Below are positions 1-11,221 of a stretch of DNA of 64,000 nt, one piece after another. The position numbers and the translations under genes are program-made. The stretch covers positions 33,294,001 through 33,358,000 of the forward strand of contig NW_027266330.1 of NCBI RefSeq assembly GCF_022045235.1. Reading direction: 5' to 3'. The stretch is from Haliotis cracherodii. Its lineage: Eukaryota. Within the stretch, counting starts at the first letter, position 1; each line of letters starts with the position of its first letter. The notes below the pieces were generated by a model. That model had not been told where the DNA came from. It ran no database searches and saw nothing but the letters and a program-made list of their open reading frames with translations.

Positions 1-127
1 TCTATTCAAAGAGGGGCTTAACCAAATTCATTCACTCACCAATAAAGGAACGCTAAGATTGCACATTTCTCCTGTTGCCTCTGGTCAGAACGACATTTCT
101 GAAAAGTCCATTTCAAGCTCCTGACAA

Positions 128-430
128 GGTGAGGTGAGGTGAAATTGGGTTTAACGTTGCGTTCAAGATTATTGCACTTATATATTCAAGGTGTGTGCAC
201 GTGTGTGTGTTTGTGTGGCTGCTTGTACTAGTCCGGACCGATGCCGATTTATAGTGCTAGCTCACTGAAATACCATGCCGCAGTTTAACATGAATACCCC
301 ACTCAGAAACAGTATACTGACTCCGAGCCGACCAGTCCTTGTTTTAGCCCCTTAATGCCGAGCGCCAGACAGGGTAACAACAAGTACCATATTTTAACGT
401 CTTTTGGTATGGTTTGGTTTGGTTGGTTTG
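128..430 (-). mobile_element. 5'-truncated SINE with Meta/MESC-like central domain (also ~915-1145, 9048-9355, 9838-10065, 18178-18485, 18968-19260, 26815-27105; + strand ~41315-41600)
   Basis: Reverse strand reads ataccaaaagacgttaaaatatggtacttgttgttaccctgtctggcgctcggcattaagggg...gactggtcggctcggagtcag with a (tcacc)n tail. Dispersed copies present. The domain name is from memory of molluscan SINEs. Confidence 0.7.
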
Positions 431-1389
431 TTGTTTCCTGACACCGACTCCGAACCGACCAGTCCATCTTACCTGTGCTCGTGGGATTCGACAGTGAAAA
501 CTCCTTATACCTTCAACGCCTCGAGCTTTTCTCTTACATGAAGCTGGTACGATGATATATAATCGAAATAACATTCAAAGCGGTGCTCAAACAACTTCAC
601 TCAGTCACCAATAAAGGAACGCTAAGATTGCACATTGCTCCTGTTGCCACTGGTCAGAACGACATTTCTGAAAAGGTCCATTTCAAGCTCCTGACATGGA
701 TAGCCCGTTCGCGAAACTCTGTTTATGCTATCGCTGCCCAAAACAGGTCCCCACAGTTCAATAGCAGCCTGAAACAACGCTTGGAGTTGAACGCACAATC
801 AACTAACTTGTGTTTGCAAACAAGAGATGACTGTCGTGAAGCCGAAGACACTTACCTCAGCTAAATGTTTCCTTTGTTAGTCAATTTGAATTTCTAATAT
901 TTCAACTTTTGTAAGGTGGTGAGGTGAAATGGGGTTGAAATTCGCATCCAAGATTATTGCACTTATATAGCGACGTGCATGCACGTGTGTGTGTTTGTGT
1001 GGCTGCTTGTACTAGTCCGGAGTGATGCCGATTTAAAGTGCTAGATCACAGAGATACCATGCTGCAATTTAACATGAATACCCCTTCAGACACAATATAC
1101 TGACTCCGAGCCGACCAGTCCTTGTTTAAGCCCCTTAATGCCAAGCTCAGTAATATTCCAGCTATATGACGGCCATCTGTAAATAATCGAGTCTGGACAA
1201 GACAATCTAGTGATTGACAACATGAGCATCGATCCACGTAATCAGGATACTATGACATGCATTACCCAAATCAGCGAACTTGACCACCCGATCCCGTTAG
1301 TCGCCTCTTACGACAAACACAGTCGCCTTTTATGGCAAGCATGGGTTGCTGAAGACCTATTCTACCCCGGATCTTCAAAACATTTTTGT

Positions 1390-1700
1390 TGACTGCAGTT
1401 TGACATTGATCAAACAAAGTTCAGTCGTTCAGTCACTGCGAACAACTTTGACCTTCTTGGTCGACCTGGTCTTTCTTCTGAGAATTTGTAATTTGTAGTT
1501 ATGCAGAGCCCTTGATCTGTGACCAGTCATTGCACATAATATCTGTTCATCTACCCATGCCTAGTGAAGACAGTGGTTAATGCGTATTCACGTCAAGCCA
1601 ACTGTTTTACACATTCTCTGTACCGTAGTCACAACCTTATGTTAGCCCAAAGGTTGTTCACAAAACCACAGATCCTATCTAGATGATCAGTTCATCAGTT
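1390..1700 (-). mobile_element. Crypton-like tyrosine-recombinase (DUF3504-type) relic (also ~10320-10630, 19530-19850, 27375-27680 plus 28010-28100)
   Basis: The 10351-10554 copy translates MCKKVGLTGIRINHCL..QAWVDEQILCAMTGHGSRAVHNYK, matching the NHSLR...DEQ...TGH.S..V..Y tyrosine-recombinase C-terminus with an internal deletion. Confidence 0.7.
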
Positions 1701-2014
1701 ACAAAGGACCCGGTTTTGTTTGTTTGTTTGTTGATTAACGCCGTACTCAGCAATATTCAAGCTATTTGTCGGCGGTCTGGACCAGACAATACAGTGATTG
1801 ACATCATCAGCATCGATCCATGCAATTGTGACCACCCGATCCTGTTAGTCGCCTAATACGACACGCATACGATGTAGTGAAGGGAGCAGGCAATGCACAC
1901 GGAGGAACAATTACATTAGACTGATGTGCACGTGTTTACATGTGTTTGGTCTTTTTTTCATTTGATTCTTTTTAAATAAAGAAAACATGGGTTGCTGAAG
2001 ACCTATTTTACCCT

Positions 2015-2300
2015 GGGGGGCACGGGTGGCCCAGTCGTCTAAGGCGCCGCAATTCGCTGTGCAGAGTTGCGTCCCTTGGGCACGCCAGAAACTTATGATT
2101 GTGGGTTCGAATCCCGGTTCGCCCCGATTATGTTTCTAGGTATGTCAGCACCATACCCGTGCTCGTGGGTTTCACCGAAGTGGTAAACGTCTGACACCTG
2201 CATCACTTGGGGCTTTCCTCCCACATTAAACTGACACGCCGTGATATAACTGGAATACTGTTAAAAGCGGCTTTAAACCGAATTCACTCACTCACTCACT
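2015..2300 (+). mobile_element. tRNA-derived SINE with tRNA-Leu/Ser-like head
   Basis: A box tggcccagtcgtctaagg, B box gggttcgaatccc, (actc)n tail, target-site duplication ctattttaccc. Confidence 0.85.
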
Positions 2301-4749
2301 ATTTTACCCCGAAAGTATGTAAAACAGGACCATTTGTCATATATCTGCCCGCTGATCGTCGCGCATGATTATTGACAATCCCAAATGGTTGCACAGCTAT
2401 CACTGCTTTGCTGACTGAAGGTGTTACTATTAATTAGTTCACTCAACTTTTATTCCGTACATGACAAATCACTTTATCGTGGCAGCCTTTGCTCAGTCTA
2501 ATCAACGGTTTCCTGTCTTTTAGGATTCAAGCGGTATCGTGCTTAGGCCATTATATTGATATACATTCTTTTTGTACTTATCAGGACAAGTCAACAACGG
2601 TATAAGGATCTATACCGAAACGTCGCTTTTTACAGTATTAAAGAAGTTGTTATCAATAAAATTGTGTCTACCTTCTATTGTGTTGTCTTCCTTCACCTCA
2701 CCACACCTCACCTCACTTTACCTCACCTCACTTCACTTCACCTCACCTCACCGCAACACAACAAAACGCAACGCATTTCATTGCATTACATTATAACCTC
2801 CAATTTCTCTTGATATCAATGACTATTACTTTGCACAAAGCAGTGACGAGCACCACACCATGAGTATATTCTTGGCAGCACCATACCCATGCTCGTGGAT
2901 TTCACCAAATTGGAAAACGTCTAAGGCCTGCATAACTTTAGGCTTTCCTCCCACATTAAGCTGACACGCCGTATAACTCGAATATTGTTCAAAGCGTCAT
3001 TGAACCAAACGTACTCACTCACTCGGTGGCATAGATTACCCTGTCCAGGGTTGCGTCCCTTGGCTCTGACAGACATCTATGATCACGGGTTTAAACCAAA
3101 CTCACTCACTCACGTGTAATTTTATCTCGACCCCGATGACTATAACCTATACCAAGTCAGTGACCCCGGGTCACCTGCTGGTGATTTAATTCATGAGTGT
3201 TTCACGTTCTAAAGACATTGTTTGGCGTCATCCTCCACTAAAGGAAAACGTCTAAATTTTCTATGTATTATTATTTGGTAGTTATCAAATACACTGTTTA
3301 TTAAAAGATTCATTCTAACCACAAAACGCACTGACATTAACTCTACCATGACGTTGAGGTATAATTGATTCTGATATTTTTTTGCTACGGAAGCCCCTTT
3401 TAAATATATTAAGCCTTTTCATGCACAAAAAAAACGTACCTCTAGTACACGCTATGTCGCCAATGCAAGACAGGTCTCAGATACACACCGACATTAATAG
3501 ACGGACTAGCGTCTGATAGAGGAAATACGGTAGTTTGATTTCGGATGTTTTTATCGATGATGTGATGTTCTAGACAGTAACGCTGCTTCGATGATGAGAT
3601 TATAAGGTTTAACGAAAGCATATCTTTTGCATACAAATGATAATGTTTATGAAACTGTTAGGGACATGTTCAATGAATACACCCAGAACAGGCAATTTTC
3701 TCATTGACAATGAAAGCACAATATAACATTATAAAAAGTGTTGTAAACAACTTTATTCATGACAACATGTTGTTTACAAATTGTTTTGGAATCGACAATC
3801 ATTGCCATGTCCGTCAACCACCAACGTTAGGATTTGGCAGGAGGGGATTTGAAAGTCCATCAGAATACACTCCTCCCTTTGAAAGGCCACGGAAACAATG
3901 TCCCAACATCACTGGAGTCACAGCACGGGCACTTGATCATAACAACTTATCCAACTTGATGAACTTCATTTCTGAACACACATAATTAAGCAAATCATAC
4001 ACAAACCACTGTTTTTTGGCAACAACTGTCACATTTGTTTCACACACTGGCGTCGAATACTGTGAAATCTTGAAATTGGCAGGTCAAATCAAATCCCTCC
4101 TGTCAAAATAGCCGGCTCATCCGCAGCCTAAAAAAGCGGCTGTTCAGTCATTCTCCAGTTCCATTGGCAATAACGTTGCACCATCAGGCTCATTCCCTGT
4201 AAATCTACAAGTTAATGTTCAACCACATCATAGATCTGGGTTGTCATCCTGCTTTGTGTAACTTGTATCTACTCTACAGCGGGACTCAATCAAATTTCAA
4301 AACCCAGAAGGTTTATCTCCTAAATAATATACTTTATGCTCTGTAGATTCGTGAGGATTAGATAATGTTTTCCATCGATGTAACTGTTTTGATTGCTTCA
4401 TGGGGAATGTTTTACCTGGCAAGTGTTTAGTCAACATTTGTCACAAAGACAGACAGCTTGGATTTAGGTTGTGCAAACTATTGATATGAAAGTATAACAT
4501 ATAATGCTTAATGTATTACTTCATAAGACGGCTAAGCATGCTGATTATACCGTAGAAATTAAGAATAATAAGAATTCTGAACTATATTTAAAGTTATGTG
4601 TTATCATAGATTCAAGCAAGTTATAAAATATATTCTAAAAATAATGATGTGGTATTGTTTGATTATATCATATCATGTGCTGTGTTGTGTTGTGTTGTGT
4701 TGTGTTGTGCTGTGTTGTGTGGTGGAGGATTATGGGGCGTGATCCTAGA

Positions 4750-7700
4750 CTAAAGGAAAACTATCACAGGGCCTGTTTCGTTCTTATCGGGATCAATATC
4801 CATTAGCTCGTAATGGGGTGCTTCCGGCTGTTCCACTGGATATTCCTCTTCTTTGTCATCTGTTTCTTGCCTGTAAGAAAAATCATGTGTTTGTTTATCG
4901 TCATTGGTAATAGAACATAGGAATATTATCTCCGTATTCAGGGAGGTGTGGATATGGAGTGTGCAGTGTGGGGAGTTTATCGAAAGAAGGAAATTGTCCC
5001 CGGAAAGCCTTGAAATTCTTTATTATCCTTCAGACTGTTGAAAGAAATAATAACCAGAATATCAAGTTGTCGGTCCTTAGCATATATGTAAAATAGGATA
5101 CGTCGAAGTGCTCAGACGAGAGCACAGATGTTAAATATAACAGAAAGCATTCTTAATTTGTCTTGTTCATTGTTTACATAAAGCACTTGGATATAAACCT
5201 TTTGGTGCGTCCGTAGTATCCAATGCATACAGCTACTATGATGCCAACCAGGCAACACGCTGATGATGTTCCGATAATGATCAGTGGTGGACTCTCAGTG
5301 GTAGGCTCTTTGGAAACAATAATGTTATCAAGTTTAATAATATTGTTAACGTGTACGTACACGTATATGTCGCTTATAAACACCAGAATAGTGGCACAGT
5401 AAAATAGTTTACATGCAGAGCCTCTATATCAATAGGTGCAATACCTAAAACCTTGAACTTGTGACACAAAGTACCTACAAATGGACAGATGTTCATTAGG
5501 ATGCGTAAATAAATTATCTGTGATCAAGTAAAGTGGATGACCAAATGTTTATCATATATTTGTATTCTCCGTTCCTACATCTCAGGGTAAATTAGATTGG
5601 GTCATGTTGGAACATTAGAGAAGGCTTAATGAAAACCCATAAAATCAACACCTGTGACCCATTCTAACCTTATCTCTAAACTAATTGATATAAATTCAAA
5701 CCATACCAGTGTGACATTGAACAAAGTCTAATCATCATTCGTCTGAGGACAGCTGATACCATTTCTACGAGTGATTGATTGAGTGAGTGAGTATGGTTTT
5801 ACGCCTCTTTTAGCAATATTCCAGCAATATCACGGCGGGGGACACCAGAAATGGGCTTCACAAATTTTACCCATGTTGGAAATCGAACCCGGCTCTTCAG
5901 CGTGACGAGCGATCCCGTTCTACGAAGAAGGATATTGGTCATCAATTACATCAACGGAATATCATATTCACACACAAATGAGTTATCTTATAAATTGGTT
6001 GATGTATTATTCTATTCCACTGATGCATCTGTTTTAATCCCTTCACAGGTAATGCCCGTAATTGTCAAGTTTCAGATGGTCAGTGTTTTTGTCAACATCT
6101 TGTTAAGGATGTTTGGGTGTCGTTTTTCTAAACTATTGACATGAATGTATAACATATAATGATCTTTATTACTGTCAGTGCATATCCCACAGGTAGTTCT
6201 CAGAGTGACATTCGTGATCAATGCAGTTTCCAAAGCATGAACAGTCCGACCCAGCTTAACTTGGTGTACAATCATCTACACACGCCCCTGAATCAGTGCA
6301 GGACATATTTACACACTTCGAGTTATATCGAGATGAGCAATTAGTACAATACCATCCGACATTACAACCGTGGATACGATCTCCTGAATAGTTGTTACAT
6401 TCGAGGATGTAATTGTTGGGCAGGGGGATTTCTGGCACATGCTGGGACAGAAGTTGTGTGACAGTTTTTACTGCACGCCTTGTCACACCAGTGACCATAA
6501 TATCCAAATAAATAGGTCTTACCACATGTATTATCCTTGACGCAGGTATCTATAGGACAGTCACTTGAACAGGTAGACTTGCATCTTTGATCAGTAATGT
6601 TGCATCCTTTGGTGCAGGTTCCAGACTCCCTGTCACAAATCCCATCAATGCAAACCCTACAGCTGGTGTTACAAAATGCACCGTAATAACCATTGTCACA
6701 CCCTTTCGCACAGGTTCCGTCCTCAGAGAAACAAATATGCTCGATGCAGTTTTCAAAGCATGAACAGTCTGAACCAGCATATCCTGGAGCGCAGCCAGCT
6801 ACACACGCCCCTGTACCATTGCAGGACATATTTACACACATTGGGTTACACTGAGTTGAGCAGTTGGCTCCATACCACCCGCCAGTACAGCCATGAATAC
6901 AGAACCCTGTCATGTGGTCACATTCGGGACTACACTTCTTTGAAGCATTTCTGTCACATGCGCCAGGACCAGCGCGGCAGTTTTCACTGCACACCTTTTC
7001 ACACCTGTGACCATAAAATCCGCGATTACAGCCTTCTTTGCATCCGGCCTTGCATGTTCCTTTACAATTCTCACATGACATCTCACAGTTGGGACCAGTG
7101 TATGGCGAATGACACTGGTCACATATTCCAGTGCTTCTATTGCACGATTTACATTGTTCAGAACAGTTCTTGCAGTCAAGGCCATAGTAGGAGTCGACGC
7201 ATCCAGAAACACAGGATGAATCCATCTGGCAGTACTTACCGACACACCCTCCTTTGCATTCTGTACACTGTCTCCAATTCTTATCACATGGTATGTTGCA
7301 CTTTGGCCCTTCGAATCCTGAAATACAGCCATTGGTGCATACCGCGATGCCACTGCCTGTTTGTAGTTCACACTTTCTATTTCTGCAGCCATTGCTGCAC
7401 TTAGATGTGCATCTCGTGCCGAAATACCCAAGGTGACACTTTGATGTGCAGTAACCTTTGTCGTTACACTTTGAGCAGTTCTGGCTATAATAGCAGGGTT
7501 TTGCTGAAAAGAAAGAATAAGCATTTAGATTGGACAGAGGTAACCATATAGGCAAAGCTATGAGAGCACATTGTGATGCTTCAGACGACTGGGTAGTATT
7601 CATAGTACTTTTGAAAGTAGGATATTGGATCCATGAGTGATATGGACTTTTGAAAACTTCATGTTAATGATTGAAAATAAGCCCAGGTTTAAATAAATAT

Positions 7701-8137
7701 GCTTTGCTTGCTTGTTTGTTGTTTAACGCCACACTCAGCAATATTCCAGCTATATGACGGCGGTCTGTAAACATTCGAGTCGGGACCATACAATCCAGTG
7801 ATTGACATCATGAGCATCGATCCACGCTATTGGGATACGATGACATGTATCAACCAAGTCAGCGAGCCTGACCGCCCCATCCCATTTGTCTCTTCATAAG
7901 ACAAGCATAGTCACCATGTACGGCAAGCATGGGTTGCTGAAGGCCGATTCTACCCCAGATCTTCACGGGTCGAAATAAATATGTGAAGAATATGATAAAT
8001 CAGCCTCCTTAATAGTCACCAAACCAAGAACGTTTATCTTTCGAAGCATAATCCTGGACGACACAATGATTATCTGCAAACTTACCTTGTATGAAAAGTA
8101 GAACGGATGCAAAACATAGGATCACCACAGAAGTCAT
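4750..8137 (-). CDS. Multi-EGF-like type I membrane receptor (MEGF/SCARF-like Cys-rich ectodomain), copy 1, 420 aa
   Basis: Exons: 8137-8086 (MTSVVILCFASVLLFIQ, donor gtaagt); 7503-6523 (981 nt, phase 1-1, 62 Cys, repeated CxxGxxGxxC); 5307-5199 (TM LIIIGTSSACCLVGIIVAVCIGYY, acceptor aag here versus cag in the other copies); 4870-4750 (RQETDDKEEEYPVEQPEAPHYELMDIDPDKNETGPVIVFL*). All introns are GT-AG with compatible phases; total 1263 nt. Confidence 0.88.
6185..6522 (-). pseudogene. Decayed duplicate of EGF repeats at the start of the intron after the EGF exon (also ~15015-15364, 23898-24044, ~33790-34147)
   Basis: Translates as GHWCDKACSKNC...HGCNVGWYCTNCSSRYNSKCVNMSCTDSGACV, paralogous to the exon. 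Frameshifted in copies 1 and 2, largely deleted in copy 3, open in copy 4. Confidence 0.75.
7703..7969 (-). mobile_element. Short non-autonomous retroelement without a tRNA head (also ~1146-1378, 10066-10298, 19262-19515, 25224-25490, 27105-27355, 35327-35594, 46553-46750)
   Basis: 5' end cccgtgaagatc..ggggtagaat; 3' end ctggaatattgctgagtg..gcgttaaacaacaaac. Flanked by the direct repeat aaataaatatg. Absent from the same intron in copy 2. Confidence 0.8.
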
Positions 8138-8234
8138 GATATGTCTGAAAATGGAAAATGATATATACCCAACTATCAGCACAACAAACATATTACTGTA
8201 TTGCTCGAAATAAGTATATGTTTAATCTACTTAC

Positions 8235-8400
8235 TGGTTATGAGAAAGGAACATTTTCAATGTTGGTGTATCAAGCTATAGCAATTGATATGGCCTCCGG
8301 GTGTTAACTCGTGCGAGTTGTAATCGCGGAATCAGACTTCATATTGACAGTTAACCTTCAACTTCCCTATAAGGGGGAAGTGTGAAATGAATCTGTTCAT
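8235..8400 (-). promoter_or_regulatory. Probable non-coding first exon and proximal promoter of receptor copy 1 (equivalents in each copy)
   Basis: A cag|gtaagt-like donor (ccag|taagt read as gtaagt at 8229-8234) lies ~90 nt upstream of an ttttcag acceptor that is 7 nt before the ATG. The arrangement is kept in all four copies. Confidence 0.45.
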
Positions 8401-10934
8401 TAATAAAACATATGCTCTCTTATGAGAAGAGTTATCTCTTAGTCATGTTGCAAAAATGTACTTAATGATTTATGTTTCTATTAGCTACGTGATCAGACTG
8501 TTTTTGTTGTTTTTCATGTAGAACATGAACACCGTTTCTATTGCGAGTATATTTCAAAATGTTGTTTGTTTTTGTATATCTGACGTGGACGCGTATAGTA
8601 ATGTATTTTTATTCACATATATTGTGAAAGAAAAAGTTTAAAGTTGGAAAAAGACATCACTGGCACAAATGTGGTGTACAGGTTCTCCCCTCATTGTGCA
8701 ACCTGGCAATACACTAAACAACATCCCTCATATCCCTGTGGTTAAAGGCAACAATGGCAGGGATACAAGTTAGAATGTCGTCTAAGGAGACGCAATTAGC
8801 TGTGTAGACCTGATTTGTTTTACCTGTGCTCGTGGGATTCCACGAAGTAAAAACGTCTTATACCTGCAACGCCTCAAGCTTTCTTCTTACATGAAGCTGG
8901 TACGATGTAAAATAATCGTAATTCTATTCAAAGAGGGGCTTAACCAAATTCATTCACTCACCAATAAAGGAACGCTAAGATTGCACATTTCTCCTGTTGC
9001 CACTGGTCAGAACGACATTTCTGAAAAGTCCATTTCAAGCTCCTAGCAAGGTGAGGTGAGGTGAAATTGGGTTTAACGTCGCGTCCAAGATTATTGCACT
9101 TATATATTCAAGTTGTATGCACGTGTGTGTGTTTGTGTGGCTGCTTGTACTAGTCCGGACTGATGCCGATTTATAGTGCTAGCTCACTGAGATACCATGA
9201 TGCAGTTTAACATGAATACCCCACTCAGACATAGTATACTGACTCCTAGCCGATCAGTCCTTCTTTTAGCCCCTTAATGCCGAGCGCCAGACAGGGTAAC
9301 AACAAGTACCATATTTTAACGTCTTTTGGTATGGTTTGGTTTGGTTTGTTTGTTGTTTCCTGACACCGACTCCGAGCCGACCAGTCCATCTTACCTGTGC
9401 TCGTGGGATTCGACAGTGAAAACGTCTTATACCTGCAACGCCTCGAGCTTTCCTCTTACATGAAGCTGGTACGATGATATATAATCGAAATAACATTCAA
9501 AGCGGTACTCAATCAACTTTACTCAGTCACCAATAAAGGAACGCTAAGATTGCACATTGCTCCTGTTGCCACTGGTCAGAACGACATTTCTGAAAAGGTC
9601 CATTTCAAGCTCCTGACATGGATAGCCCGTTCGCGAAACTCTGTATATGCTATCGCTGCCCAAAACATGTCCCCACAGTTCAATAGCAGCCTGCAACAAT
9701 GCATGGAGTTGAATGCACAATCAACTAGCTTGTGTTTGCAAACAAGAGATGACTGTCGTGAAGCCGAAGACACTTACCTCAGCTAAATGTTTCCTTTGTT
9801 AGTCAATTTGAATTTCTAATATTTCAACTATTGTAAGATGGTGAGGTGAAATCGGGTTTAATGTCGCGTCCAAGATTATTGCACTTATATAGCGACGTGC
9901 ATGCACGTGTGTGTGTTTGTGTGGCTGCTTGTACTAGTCCGGAGTGATGCCGATTTAAAGTGCTAGATCACAGAGATACCATGCCGCAATTTAACATGAA
10001 TACCCCTTCAGACACAGTATACTGACTCCGAGCCGACCAGTCCCTGTTAAAGCCCCTTAATACCGAGCTCAGTAATATTCCAGCTATATGACGGCCATCT
10101 GTACATAATCGAGTCTGGACAAGACAGTCTAGTGATTGACAACATGAGCATCGATCCACGTAATTAGGATACTATGACATGCATTACCCAAATCAGCGAA
10201 TCTGACCACCCGATCCCGTTAGTCGCCTATTACGACAAACACAGTCGCCTTTTATGGCAAGCATGGGTTGCTGAAGACCTATTCTACCCCGGATCTTCAA
10301 AACATTTTCGTTGACTGCAGTTTGACATTGATCAAACAAAGTTCAGTCGTTCAGTCACTGCGAACATCACTGACCTTCTCGGTCGACCTGGTCTTTCTTC
10401 TGAGATTTTGTAATTTGTAGTTATGCACAGCCCTTGATCCGTGGCCAGTCATTGCACATAATATCTGTTCATCTACCCATGCCTGGTGAAGACAGTGGTT
10501 AATGCGTATTCCCGTCAAGCCAACTTTTTTACACATTCTCTGTACCGTAGTCACAACCTTATGTTAGCCCAAAGGTTGTTCACAAAACCACAGATCCTAT
10601 CTAGATGATCTGTTCATCAGTTACAAAGGATTCGGTTTTGTTTGTTTGTTTGTTGATTAACGCCGTACTCAGCAATATTCAAGCTATTTGTCGGCGTTCT
10701 GGACCAGACAATACAGTGATTGACATCATCAGCATCGATCCACGCAATTGTGACCACCCGATCCTGTTAGTCGCCTAATACGACACGCATACGATGTAGT
10801 GAAGGGAGCAGGCAATGCACACGGAGGAACAATTACATTAGACTGATGTGCACGTGTGTACATGTGTTTGGTCTTTTTTCATTTGATTCTTTTTAAATAA
10901 AGAAAACATGGGTTGCTGAAGACCTATTTTACCC

Positions 10935-11221
10935 TGGGGGGCACGGGTGGCCCAGTTGTCTAAGGCGCCGCAATTCGCTGTGCAGAGTTGCGTCTCTTGG
11001 GTACGCCAGAAACCTATGATTGTGGGTTCGAATCCCGGTTCGCCCCGATTATGTTTCTAGGTGTGTCAGCACCATACCCGTGCTCGTGGGTTTCACCGAA
11101 GTGGTAAACGTCTGACACCTGCATCACTTGGGGCTTTCCTTCCACATTAAGCTGACACGCCGTGATATAACTGGAATACTGTTAAAAGCGGCGTTAAACC
11201 GAATTCACTCACTCACTCACT
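10935..11221 (+). mobile_element. Same tRNA-derived SINE in unit 2
   Basis: Near-identical to 2015-2300 with the same TSD; empty site in unit 3 at ~20152-20163. Confidence 0.85.

Noticed and set aside
583-864. 93-aa spacer ORF (MLKQLHSV...)
   Set aside because: GTG start, inconsistent start and stop among units, no motif.
3704-3985. 93-aa ORF recurring in units 1, 3 and 4
   Set aside because: TTG start, frameshifted in unit 2, no recognisable motif; recurrence is explained by recent duplication. The 3.4-4.4 kb region may be an unidentifiable decayed element.
6676-7524. Antisense and alternate-frame ORFs over the EGF exons
   Set aside because: Shadows of Cys-rich codon usage; their lengths vary among copies.
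6395-7603. Single-exon 402-483 aa Cys-rich ORFs starting MNTTQSS/MTTTQSS
   Set aside because: The first ~33 codons are intron ending at a ttttcag acceptor. The real start is the upstream signal-peptide exon, and the ORF ends are donor read-through.
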